NCBI GenBank assembly: GCA_934168205.1
Contig: CAKPMX010000003.1
Location: forward strand, 66,753 to 130,752
Origin: an uncultured Bacilli bacterium
GTDB taxonomy: Bacteria > Bacillota_I > Bacilli_A > RF39 > UBA660
Direction of reading: 5' to 3'
DNA: 64,000 nucleotides
Both the position numbers and the translations under genes were made by a program. The notes beneath the pieces were generated by a model that saw nothing but the letters and a program-made list of their open reading frames with translations, was not told where the DNA came from and made no database searches. Position 1 is the first letter of the stretch. Each line of letters opens with the position of its first letter. Of the stretch, positions 9,964 through 18,966 are shown piece by piece.

Positions 9964-10608
9964 CTATTTTTTTATGTAAGTTAATCTTACTATTTCATAT
10001 AATTCACTTAATTTATTATTGTAGTTTTCATTTATTTCTTTTATAAGTTTGGCTATTTTTTCTTGGAATGTTAATTTATCTTGGGGAAATATTTCTTCAT
10101 ATAAATAATTTAATTTCTCATAATCTTTTTCTTTAGCTAAGTAATTTAATTCTTTTAATAAATATTTCTTTTTAAAGGATTCATCTCTTGTTAAAAAGTA
10201 TTCTATTTTATATTTTTCAAGTAGCTCATACCCTATTTTCTCTTCATCTAGTAAAGTTGTTTCATCTAAAACATCTTCCTCTTCGTCTAATAATAAATTA
10301 CTTCTACTTATTACTACTCCTTTACTATTAAATTCTAAAGCTAGAACTTTGTTTAAATCTGAAAAAAGGCAGCCAAACTTGATATCTTTTTTATTTTTGT
10401 AGGAAATCGTACTTCCTTTTATTGTTTCTAGTAGTTCACTATCAATTTTAATTTTATAATTGAATATTTCTTGCATTTGTTCAGAGCTGATTCTGATAAT
10501 AGGAATTCTTTTTATGTGTTCAAAGCAGTCATTATCTTTCCATTCATAAAATTCAAAGTATTCATCGGCATCATTAAAGTTAAGTAATATATCGTAAATA
10601 TAATTCAT
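9964..10608 (-). CDS. Hypothetical cytoplasmic protein
   Basis: The start is set at MNYIYDILLNF (ATG 10608), which forms an ATGA overlap with the stop of the upstream 70-aa ORF. Confidence 0.55.
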   Translation of the reverse strand: MNYIYDILLNFNDADEYFEFYEWKDNDCFEHIKRIPIIRISSEQMQEIFNYKIKIDSELLETIKGSTISYKNKKDIKFGCLFSDLNKVLALEFNSKGVVISRSNLLLDEEEDVLDETTLLDEEKIGYELLEKYKIEYFLTRDESFKKKYLLKELNYLAKEKDYEKLNYLYEEIFPQDKLTFQEKIAKLIKEINENYNNKLSELYEIVRLTYIKK

Positions 10609-10817
10609 GTTCTTTTTCCTTTCCAAGTATATATAATAATTATTTGAATTATGAGACCTATTATAAATAAATAACATTCTGGTTGTTTTAAAATATAGAA
10701 AACATATTCTTTTATAGTATAGCCAAAAGTAAATAAATTAATGTACATTATTATGTAAGTTATTCCCATGGTCATCATTAATAGTGAGATTAGCATTATT
10801 ATTATTTTGGTTATCAT
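10605..10817 (-). CDS. Small membrane protein (two hydrophobic helices)
   Basis: 70-aa ORF, translationally coupled (ATGA) to the downstream gene. Confidence 0.4.
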   Translation of the reverse strand: MITKIIIMLISLLMMTMGITYIIMYINLFTFGYTIKEYVFYILKQPECYLFIIGLIIQIIIIYTWKGKRT

Positions 10818-10872
10818 AGTTAATTTTATGTTTTAAAGTTTGTTTTTTTCCAAAAGAAAAGCACCTAAGTGC

Positions 10873-12432
10873 TTATTTGTAATAAATTGAATTTAAAATA
10901 CTTGTATTGTATTGTTCACAAGAAATTGTATTGGCATTTTTTTCTTCTCTAAACTCATACATATATACTTTTTTGTTACGAGATGTTAAGTATAAATTAA
11001 CGGTTCCATTGTTTTCATAAGAAATATGATACCAAGTTATACTATTTATTTGTAATTCTTCAGGGTTATCTTTAAGTTTATAGTAATTTTTCATTTGTTT
11101 AGCTAAGTTTTCAGCATCTGAAAAGTCTTTTAAGACATTAAAACTATAATGACAATTACTGAAGTTATCATTTGGATCTGTTTTGATTCCACCTATTATA
11201 CTTCCTTGATTAGAATTAGAATTTTTTATTTCATCGGGCATTACTATTTCATAATAATTATTGATGTTGACATTATTGTCATATGTCAAGTTACCTTTAA
11301 ACTCTGGATTTTTTCCTAATAAGACTAAAATATTTATGTCTTTGAATGGTCCAAATGAGAAACCATTGATATTAGCAATAACAAGGCAAACAAGACCAAT
11401 AATTATACTTGCAAAAACAGTAAGAATTGGATTAGACATTTTAGTTTGACCAGATGAGACAATTATATCTCTTAATTGATCATATGAAGCATTGGAATAT
11501 CTTCTTTCAGCATTTTTTATTTTTGCTTTAGCGTATGACAAGTATAATTTATTAAATGTGAAACATAAGATTACATTAATGACAAGAGAAAGATATGGAT
11601 TTACGTAAAATATTATAACAACTCTTAACAATAGTATAAATAAGCCTATTACTACCATTCTACGATATAATAAGTAGAACTCGCCAAATATTAAGGCAAA
11701 TAAATTGAATTTACTTTGGGATATTTTTTCATACTTGTATCCAACAAATCCCATTAGTAAATTTCTTCGATGAAAATCAGTTATATTTTGATTATATTGC
11801 ACAACGGTATTATTAGGTTGTATTTCTACTACTGGCTTTGTCTCATCTTCTGGTTCTGTTTTTTGATTGTCATTCATTTGGTTTATTGGAAGAATATTTA
11901 TTGAATTATTTAATAACTCACTATTAGTAGTATTAATACTTTTAAAAGTATTAGTCCCAGAATTATCTTGTATTATCTCATCAACTATTGATGAAAATGG
12001 TTTATTGTTTTGAGCAGATATTTGTTCACTATTTTGATTTTTAAACAAACTAGAAAAACTGTTATTTTTGTCACTGGTGTTTTCTTCATCACTAGGTGCA
12101 TTAAAATCAAAGCCAAATGAATTCGTATTATTTGATGGCGTAGTATTTTGATTATTTTGAACTAAATTTGTATTTGGACTAGGTATATTGAAATTCATTG
12201 ATGAAAAGTTATTGTTTTGACTTCCTGTTTGACTAACTGAATTATTTTGATTGAATTGACTTTGACTAAAACTTTGTCCAAATTGACTTTGAATATTATT
12301 TTGAGAAATATTCTGGTTATTTGTTTGAGGGATATTTTGATTGAATTGATTTTGTATATTATTATTTTGATTATTATCAGGTGTTGCTGGTGGCATACTC
12401 GTGACGAATTTATTACCTTGATTATTATTCAT
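10873..12432 (-). CDS. Membrane protein with an N/Q-rich low-complexity N-terminus
   Basis: 519 aa. The first ~215 aa are N/Q/S-rich. There is a central pair of TM helices (FNLFALIFGEFYLLYRRMVVIGLFILLL...) and a globular C-terminal domain. Confidence 0.6.
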   Translation of the reverse strand: MNNNQGNKFVTSMPPATPDNNQNNNIQNQFNQNIPQTNNQNISQNNIQSQFGQSFSQSQFNQNNSVSQTGSQNNNFSSMNFNIPSPNTNLVQNNQNTTPSNNTNSFGFDFNAPSDEENTSDKNNSFSSLFKNQNSEQISAQNNKPFSSIVDEIIQDNSGTNTFKSINTTNSELLNNSINILPINQMNDNQKTEPEDETKPVVEIQPNNTVVQYNQNITDFHRRNLLMGFVGYKYEKISQSKFNLFALIFGEFYLLYRRMVVIGLFILLLRVVIIFYVNPYLSLVINVILCFTFNKLYLSYAKAKIKNAERRYSNASYDQLRDIIVSSGQTKMSNPILTVFASIIIGLVCLVIANINGFSFGPFKDINILVLLGKNPEFKGNLTYDNNVNINNYYEIVMPDEIKNSNSNQGSIIGGIKTDPNDNFSNCHYSFNVLKDFSDAENLAKQMKNYYKLKDNPEELQINSITWYHISYENNGTVNLYLTSRNKKVYMYEFREEKNANTISCEQYNTSILNSIYYK

Positions 12433-12459
12433 ACTATCCCTCCTCTTTTTATATTTTAA

Positions 12460-13542
12460 CTATTCTTTTTCTTTATATTCTAACATAGAAACATCTACTT
12501 TGTTTATTGTTTCAAATTTCTTAGTGATTTTATCTGACGTAATAGAGACGTTTTCAATGTCTTTATTTACAGTTTGAATACTTCTAGCTAGCTTATCCCA
12601 ACGTTCTTTATAGCGAGCAAATTCTAAGCCGAGTTTGTTTAATTCGTCATGGATTATTGAAGTGTATTTGTCTCTTTCCATATTCTTTATAATCATTTCT
12701 ACTACTGTTAAAGTTGATATTAAAGTAGTAGGACTTGTAATCCAAACTTTCTTTTTATAAGCATAATCTATTATATCTTGATGATAAGCGTTTATTTCGG
12801 CGAATATTGCCTCTGCTGGTAAGAATAAAATTGCTTGATCAGCTGTTTCACCAGGAATTATATATTTACTGCTTATAGCGTCTATATGTTTTTTCATATC
12901 TTGTTTAAACATTTTTTCATAATTATCTCTTAATTCTTGAGATAGTTTTTTATCAACCATTAATTGATAGTGTTCTAATGGGAACTTTGAGTCGATTGCG
13001 ATTGTGCCAAGAGGTTCTGGAGCAAAGACTACAGAGTCAGCTATAACACCAGTTTTTAAAGTATACTGTAAACGAAATATATTATCATTTCTTTCACCAA
13101 AGACGCTAGTTAGAATGTGCTTTAAGTTTACTTCGCCAAAGATACCACGCGTCTTTTTATCGGTTAAAATACTTTGTAGACTAACTATATCAGTTGATAG
13201 TGTCTCTATTTTCTTCTGTGCTTCATCTATTTTTGATAATCTTTCAATAACGTTCATGAAGGTTTTATTAGTCTTTTCAAAGTTTTGATCTAGTCTTTCA
13301 TTTACTCTTTCATTGATAACAATTAGTCTTTTTTCTAATTGTTCATTTAAAGACGTAAAATCTTTATTTAAATTTCTACTTATGTCGGACTTGAAATCAC
13401 CTAGTTCTTTCATCATACTTACTTCTAGTTTTCCAAGTCTTTCTGTTATATTACTTTCATTAATGTTTTTAAATATTGATATTACACCAATGATTAAATT
13501 AATTACTAATAAAATTATAATTACATATTCCATATTTTTCAC
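12460..13542 (-). CDS. rmuC: DNA recombination protein RmuC
   Basis: 360 aa. N-terminal TM, long coiled coil, then a conserved nuclease-like C-terminal part (VVFAPEPLGTIAIDSKFPLEHY, ILFLPAEAIF). Confidence 0.8.
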   Translation of the reverse strand: MKNMEYVIIILLVINLIIGVISIFKNINESNITERLGKLEVSMMKELGDFKSDISRNLNKDFTSLNEQLEKRLIVINERVNERLDQNFEKTNKTFMNVIERLSKIDEAQKKIETLSTDIVSLQSILTDKKTRGIFGEVNLKHILTSVFGERNDNIFRLQYTLKTGVIADSVVFAPEPLGTIAIDSKFPLEHYQLMVDKKLSQELRDNYEKMFKQDMKKHIDAISSKYIIPGETADQAILFLPAEAIFAEINAYHQDIIDYAYKKKVWITSPTTLISTLTVVEMIIKNMERDKYTSIIHDELNKLGLEFARYKERWDKLARSIQTVNKDIENVSITSDKITKKFETINKVDVSMLEYKEKE

Positions 13543-14130
13543 CTACTCTATATTTGCATTTTTACCTATTAATTTTGATAGTGCATAGGCTATTATTATC
13601 ATTATTGACATCACTATTATTGCTGATATATCGGTCATACTTTCTACGAAACTTTTGCCAATGTAGCCCCAGAATGAAACCATAAATATTTTTCCAATAA
13701 GTAAAGCAACAATATACTTCTTTTTTGACATTCCAGAAACTCCGGCTAAAATATTTATTAGAAACGCTGGCGTAAATGGTAAAGTTATTATTACTGTTAG
13801 ATTAGCTAGAGAGATTTTTTGAAACTTATCTATGGCTTTATCTATTTTATCTCTTGTTTTTTTACTTAGATATTTATAGATTATGTTATTTGATACATAG
13901 TAAAATATTAAGTATGAAATATAGCAGCCAATACAAGTTGAAACCCATGACATTAGTATTCCTGGTAGTAGTCCAAATGTATGAGTATTTAAAGCGATGA
14001 ATACACTTAAAGGTAAGGCTGGTATAAATGACTCAATCATTATTAGTAACATACCAAATAAAATACCACCATTTGAAATAACTTCTGTACTGTATTCAAC
14101 TATTGTATTTATTAAGTCCAAGTTATTCAC
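13543..14130 (-). CDS. TVP38/TMEM64 (DedA-related) family membrane protein
   Basis: 195 aa, polytopic, with typical SNARE-associated/DedA-like hydrophobic pattern. Confidence 0.65.
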   Translation of the reverse strand: MNNLDLINTIVEYSTEVISNGGILFGMLLIMIESFIPALPLSVFIALNTHTFGLLPGILMSWVSTCIGCYISYLIFYYVSNNIIYKYLSKKTRDKIDKAIDKFQKISLANLTVIITLPFTPAFLINILAGVSGMSKKKYIVALLIGKIFMVSFWGYIGKSFVESMTDISAIIVMSIMIIIAYALSKLIGKNANIE

Positions 14131-14241
14131 CTTCCTATTTTATTATAATACAAAAATCGAAATGTCTCAAGAAAATAGTAGTTAGTTAATACTGGTTAAC
14201 AATTATAATGGACAAATATATTTATTTAAAAGTAAAAGATA

Positions 14242-14559
14242 TTAGAAAGAACTAATATCTTTTCCTATATTTAGGCGATAACTATTGTATCCTCCATTAA
14301 TACTTATTGTTTTATATCCTAGTGAATTTAGTTTTTTTGAAATACTTTTGCTTGTATACCCTGCTTGACAATATAAGTAATAAGTATCATTTTTGTTTAA
14401 ATACTTTGATGGACTCAGCAGTAAGTAATCATAAGGAACGTTTATTGAATTATTTATGTGACTCAGATCATATATGTATTTACTTCTAATATCAATTATA
14501 TTTAAGGTACTACTAGAATTATTTACAATAGTAAGAAAATCATTCATATCAATTGTCAT
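14242..14559 (-). CDS. Rhodanese-like domain protein
   Basis: 105 aa. Active-site loop YCQAGYTS (CxxGxxS). Confidence 0.75.
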   Translation of the reverse strand: MTIDMNDFLTIVNNSSSTLNIIDIRSKYIYDLSHINNSINVPYDYLLLSPSKYLNKNDTYYLYCQAGYTSKSISKKLNSLGYKTISINGGYNSYRLNIGKDISSF

Positions 14560-14583
14560 ATTTTCACCTCTATTGTATTAGAT

Positions 14584-14615
14584 GAAAAAAAAGAATCTGC
14601 AGTAATTACAGATTC
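14584..14615 (-). terminator. Intrinsic terminator closing the T4SS/Tad locus
   Basis: On the minus strand: GAATCTG-loop-CAGATTC (7-bp stem, 14593-14615) followed by a T-run (plus-strand A-run 14584-14592). It lies directly after the stop at 14623. Confidence 0.6.
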
Positions 14616-14622
14616 CTACTTA

Positions 14623-15879
14623 TTATTTAATTATATATGGATTTTTCTCAGTTCCATTTCCAGAACTGATCATGATTCTACTACTTAGTTTTACTACTGG
14701 TCTAATACGATTGTATGCATTACATTTTGTTTCGGTAACGCTTCCTTGTTCATCTACAATGAATACGGTTGAGCTACTATTAGCTACTGCTGTTGCGGTC
14801 CACCAACGATAATCAGCGGCTAGATAGTTGTAGTTTTGACAGGCTGGACTTTGTGGACTAGTACAATTTGGATCAATACTAGCATTAATATAGTCTGATA
14901 CTGTTAATAAACCAAGTTTTTGTCCAGCAACTGTACTTTTACATTCTAGTTCGTTAGTATTATTGGTACTGTCAAGAGTTCTTTTTCCGGTGCAAACTTC
15001 AAAGCTGGATAATTTTGTCTTATCAGTTTCACTTAAGAATACTAAGCCTTCTTTTGTCTCATTATACAACTCTTCAAGATATTCTTTTATTCTACTTGTG
15101 GAATAATTATTTATACCAATGTTATATTTTACTTCATTATTGTATCTATCATCCCAAGCAGCTGAATATCCAGCGTATTCTTCTTTAATTAAGTAAGCAT
15201 TGTTATTGCTGTCGATTTTAACTATACGCCAAAGTTCTTCATTTATTTTAACATAATTGTTAACCATTTCGCCACGGAAGACTAATCCATTGTTCATTTT
15301 GTATAAACCATAGCCAGAAGTAACTACTTTAGAATCTTCTTTAACTGCTGCAGCTATTGTTTTGTCACTATAAGCATCTCCACAGTTTAAAGATGGCGTA
15401 TATATATATTCTTCACCTGATTTAGATACACTTACTTTTCCAGTACAAGTAACACCTTTTTTTGTGTATTCACTTAAGTCTTTCATTTTTCCAGCCAAAG
15501 CTAGAGTTGATGCCTCTATTTCAACAATTTGAGTTTCCTTCTTTGGAAGACTTTCTGGATTATCTGCAAAGTATGATTTAGCGGCATTAGTCATAATCTC
15601 TTCAATTTTTTCATAAGAATAATTTCCCTTAGTGAAGGCTGTTGCTATACTTAAAACTATAAATAAAAGAACTATACCACCAATAACTATAAATGCTAGT
15701 TTTAGAATGAATTTTTTAAAGTCGTCTTGTCCTTTATTTTTAGAACTTTTGCTTTCTTCTTCATCTTCTTCATCATCGTCTTCTTCAACAGTTTCCTCTT
15801 CAATTTCTTCTTCAAATTCGTCAGCATCTATGTCGTTTACTTTTCCATTTTTTTTGCTTTGATTAAAATTAAGATTCAT
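14623..15879 (-). CDS. Membrane-anchored surface protein with acidic N-terminus and a C-terminal module shared with ORF 36937..38724
   Basis: 418 aa. D/E-rich cytoplasmic head, one TM (LAFIVIGGIVLLFIVLSIATAF). Extracellular part contains NNYVKINEELWRIVKID...RIRPVVKLS...GNGTEKNPYIIK. Confidence 0.6.
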   Translation of the reverse strand: MNLNFNQSKKNGKVNDIDADEFEEEIEEETVEEDDDEEDEEESKSSKNKGQDDFKKFILKLAFIVIGGIVLLFIVLSIATAFTKGNYSYEKIEEIMTNAAKSYFADNPESLPKKETQIVEIEASTLALAGKMKDLSEYTKKGVTCTGKVSVSKSGEEYIYTPSLNCGDAYSDKTIAAAVKEDSKVVTSGYGLYKMNNGLVFRGEMVNNYVKINEELWRIVKIDSNNNAYLIKEEYAGYSAAWDDRYNNEVKYNIGINNYSTSRIKEYLEELYNETKEGLVFLSETDKTKLSSFEVCTGKRTLDSTNNTNELECKSTVAGQKLGLLTVSDYINASIDPNCTSPQSPACQNYNYLAADYRWWTATAVANSSSTVFIVDEQGSVTETKCNAYNRIRPVVKLSSRIMISSGNGTEKNPYIIK

Positions 15880-15902
15880 ATTATTTAATTCCTTTCATTA
15901 TA

Positions 15903-18122
15903 TTAGTTATCAAAAAAGTCATCAAAGAAATCATCATCATTGTCATCATCGTCTTGTAATTCCAAATTATTATTAGGTACTGTTGTCATCATTGGTGTTG
16001 GTTCTTTAACAACATTATTTTCTACCTTGTTTATTGACGTTGGCATTACAGGACTTTTTTGTTCAACTACAGGCTTGTTTGGCTCTTGTTTTTCTTTGTT
16101 CTTTTTTTCTTCTTCTTCAAGTTCTGCAATTTTAGCATCTATTTTTTTGACTAACTCATCAACATCAAAATTGAAGTTATCATCAACTGGCTTTGTTTCC
16201 TTCTTTTCTGGCTTTGGTAATCCAACCTCTGTGTCTTTAAAGATAGGTATAGGCTTTTCTACTGATTCTTTCTTTTCTGGAACTCTAGGAGTAATAGGAC
16301 TTGGTGCAGGGCCAAATGGACTTTTTCTTGGTGCAAAGTCAAAAGCATCAGCTTTACTTTTTTCACTGTTGCCTGGTTTTGAATCCATTTCTGCGGCATT
16401 CATCATATCTAACAGTTTCTTTTTCTTTTGATTTTTTACAAATTCTTTTATATCAAAAGTATGAACTTCTCTTTTAGCTCTTGTTGGATACTTAGCTAAT
16501 GGATATTTTTTACCCCAGTCTATTTTAAAGTTTGGAGTTAATTTAGTCTTAAATGGTTGTTTACGTAAACGAAGAACTATAACTTCAAACATTTTCATTC
16601 TTTGTAGGTCAGATACTGTTACCAATGGCGTTGAAGCAGTTTTTTCATCTTTTTTAGATTTTACTTCACCACACATTTTAGATATTTCTTCAAGGGCTTT
16701 TAATTCCGTTGTTATTAAGTAAGCTATGTTTCCACAGTTACCACGAATTGTTTCAGCATCTTCTTTTCCATATACAGAATCCAATTGTGCAAAGTTCTGA
16801 ATAATCATTGTAAATCTTATTCTTCTTGAACGAGCAGCAGTAATCATTGTTGTTACATCTTTTAATGGTGGCATGTTAGCAAACTCGTCTAGTATGAAGT
16901 TTGTTCTTACTGGTAATTTTCCACCATGTTTTTGAGCTGTTGCTATTAAAGTTTCATATATTTGTTTTAATAAAATAGTAACTAATGAATGGTATGTTTT
17001 CTTTTCATCTTGAATAACTATGAATACAGCAGTAGGTTTTTCACCAATGCTTTCTAGGTCGACACTACTATATGATAACATTTCACTTAAGTTATCACGA
17101 GAAGCAAACAATTTTACTTTTTGTTTAAATACAGATAAGATACTACCTTTAGTTTCAGTTGGCGCCATTATAGTACTTGAAGCATTGATAGCGGCTGCAC
17201 TAGCAGGATCTTTTGCATTAAAGTATTCTTTAATATAAGTTGATCCTCCAAATTTTTCTTCACCAACGGTTGTTGCTAAAGAAATACTGTTAATATTAAT
17301 TTCATCTTCTTTGGCATCCTCAAATAATCCTAAAGCAATTCCTGAGAAATAATCGGCTGATGTTTTTTCCCAGAATGGATCGGCATTTTTATTACTATCA
17401 TCGTATAGAATGTTTAAAGCTAAGTCATCTAATAACTCGATAGCTTTGTCATGATTACCAGACTTCCACATTTTATATGGTAATGTCATTGGGTTCCAAG
17501 CACTACCCATTTGAGGATCACGGAAGTTAAGTAAGACAATTTGATAGCCTAATTCTCTAAGCATCATACTGTTCTTTTCGTATATTTCACCTTTTGGATC
17601 GGTAATAATCATTGATTCTCTAGCTTTTGCTAAACTATGTACTTGTGGATGAACAAATCCTTCAGTTTTACCTGAACCAGTGGCACCGATAATTAATGAG
17701 TGATATTCACCATTGTCTACCCACATTTCGTTTTCTTTTACAATTAAAGGAATTCCAGCGGCTTTTGCTCTTTTTTGTTTTACCTCAACACACTCTAATT
17801 CTTCTTTAATTTCTTTATCTTTTGCCCAACGAGAATAACCTTTATCTTTCTTTTCTGTTGTTAGACCTATACCTTTTTCTCTTTCAAAGAAGTATGAACT
17901 AACACTTACAAATAAGGCAAAAAGCGCTAATATGAAAAATGTTAAAGTTGTAACTATATATTTAGGACTAAAAGCTGGTAAAGGATTAAATCCTGATAAT
18001 GTTCCTTCTGCAGCAAATGTTGCTAGATTAACTATTACAATTGCTACTATATATAGTAAAAATAGAGAAAAGATTCCAAATATTAATAAATCATGAGAAT
18101 CTGCTCGAAACTTAAATTTCAT
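15903..18122 (-). CDS. Type IV coupling protein (VirD4/TraG family)
   Basis: 739 aa. Two N-terminal TM helices. Walker A IIGATGSGKTEG. FILDEFANMPPL Walker B region. About 175-aa P/E/K-rich tail ending DDDDNDDDFFDDFFDN. Confidence 0.85.
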   Translation of the reverse strand: MKFKFRADSHDLLIFGIFSLFLLYIVAIVIVNLATFAAEGTLSGFNPLPAFSPKYIVTTLTFFILALFALFVSVSSYFFEREKGIGLTTEKKDKGYSRWAKDKEIKEELECVEVKQKRAKAAGIPLIVKENEMWVDNGEYHSLIIGATGSGKTEGFVHPQVHSLAKARESMIITDPKGEIYEKNSMMLRELGYQIVLLNFRDPQMGSAWNPMTLPYKMWKSGNHDKAIELLDDLALNILYDDSNKNADPFWEKTSADYFSGIALGLFEDAKEDEININSISLATTVGEEKFGGSTYIKEYFNAKDPASAAAINASSTIMAPTETKGSILSVFKQKVKLFASRDNLSEMLSYSSVDLESIGEKPTAVFIVIQDEKKTYHSLVTILLKQIYETLIATAQKHGGKLPVRTNFILDEFANMPPLKDVTTMITAARSRRIRFTMIIQNFAQLDSVYGKEDAETIRGNCGNIAYLITTELKALEEISKMCGEVKSKKDEKTASTPLVTVSDLQRMKMFEVIVLRLRKQPFKTKLTPNFKIDWGKKYPLAKYPTRAKREVHTFDIKEFVKNQKKKKLLDMMNAAEMDSKPGNSEKSKADAFDFAPRKSPFGPAPSPITPRVPEKKESVEKPIPIFKDTEVGLPKPEKKETKPVDDNFNFDVDELVKKIDAKIAELEEEEKKNKEKQEPNKPVVEQKSPVMPTSINKVENNVVKEPTPMMTTVPNNNLELQDDDDNDDDFFDDFFDN

Positions 18123-18145
18123 GTTACTACTTCCTTTCTGCCTAT

Positions 18146-18174
18146 ATTATAACATCAACTATTTAAAACGTCAT
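18146..18174 (-). promoter_or_regulatory. Candidate internal promoter ahead of the coupling-protein gene
   Basis: Minus strand: ATGACG, 17 nt, TGT-TATAAT (extended -10). Confidence 0.3.
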
Positions 18175-18182
18175 TAAATATT

Positions 18183-18956
18183 TTATTGATTGCTAACTAT
18201 AATACTGAATTTATCATTATTGAATTTATATAGCATATCGATAGTTCCTTCAGTACTATACTTACTACAAGATAATACTATTTCATATTTATTATCATCA
18301 TTAACATCAATTATAGAATTTATATACGGTTTGCAACCATTAAAACTCCTGTTTTTTTCTACTGATTTATAAATTGGATATATTATATCATTTTTTTCCA
18401 TAAATACTACACTAAATATATAATCCGGGTCAGTTTCCCTAGGAAATACATTGCCTACCACATATATTTTTTCGTCTACTCCATCGTTATCTATATCAAC
18501 ACTAATTTGAGTATTACTTGTTAGTTCCTGACCTGTAGATATATTATTTTCTGATAATACTTTATTTACTTTAGTATAGTCTGATATTTTTTCTTGATTA
18601 AAGTTTTTTATTTTCATTTCATAATTAGCTGAGTATGCTATTAAACTGCCAGAGTAAGAAACCGGTTTTCTTTTATTATCAAATAAATACCATTTATCAT
18701 CATAAACTATTTTATAGTTACCTAGCTTTTCATTATCTACAAAAACAGTAAATTCTTGCCAATTTAAATTTTCCATGTCCTTGTTATTGACAATATTATA
18801 CCATTTTTTTTCATCTAATTGCCAGATTGTATTATCACCTATTATTAATGTTGTCTTTAGTTTCGAATATTTTAATTCGTCTCTTCCATATAACAAAAAG
18901 AAGACTGTAAAATAAACTATTACTATGATTAAAATTACAATATATCTTTTTTTCAT
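18183..18956 (-). CDS. Membrane-anchored hypothetical protein (FG-GAP-like Asp-rich loops)
   Basis: The start is set at MKKRYIVILIIV (AGGAG SD). One TM. Contains VDIDNDGVDEKIYV and IDVNDDNKYEIV motifs. Confidence 0.55.
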   Translation of the reverse strand: MKKRYIVILIIVIVYFTVFFLLYGRDELKYSKLKTTLIIGDNTIWQLDEKKWYNIVNNKDMENLNWQEFTVFVDNEKLGNYKIVYDDKWYLFDNKRKPVSYSGSLIAYSANYEMKIKNFNQEKISDYTKVNKVLSENNISTGQELTSNTQISVDIDNDGVDEKIYVVGNVFPRETDPDYIFSVVFMEKNDIIYPIYKSVEKNRSFNGCKPYINSIIDVNDDNKYEIVLSCSKYSTEGTIDMLYKFNNDKFSIIVSNQ

Positions 18957-18966
18957 TAATAATCTC

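Noticed and set aside
14560-14622. Looked for direct repeats (att sites) between the left boundary and the right boundaries of the locus (40301-40421 and 42111-42203).
   Set aside because: No repeat of about 12 nt or more was seen by eye. The spacers contain only terminators and promoters. A computational repeat search is still needed.
14623-14660. C-terminal NPY-containing endings (EKNPYIIK, EKPYKIAK, ENNPYQIED) as possible sortase B NPxTx-type sorting signals.
   Set aside because: There is no Thr at the cleavage position and no following hydrophobic segment or basic tail. One copy is internal. The motif looks like a conserved domain-terminal strand (G-x-G-T-x-x-x-P-Y-x-I), not a sorting signal.
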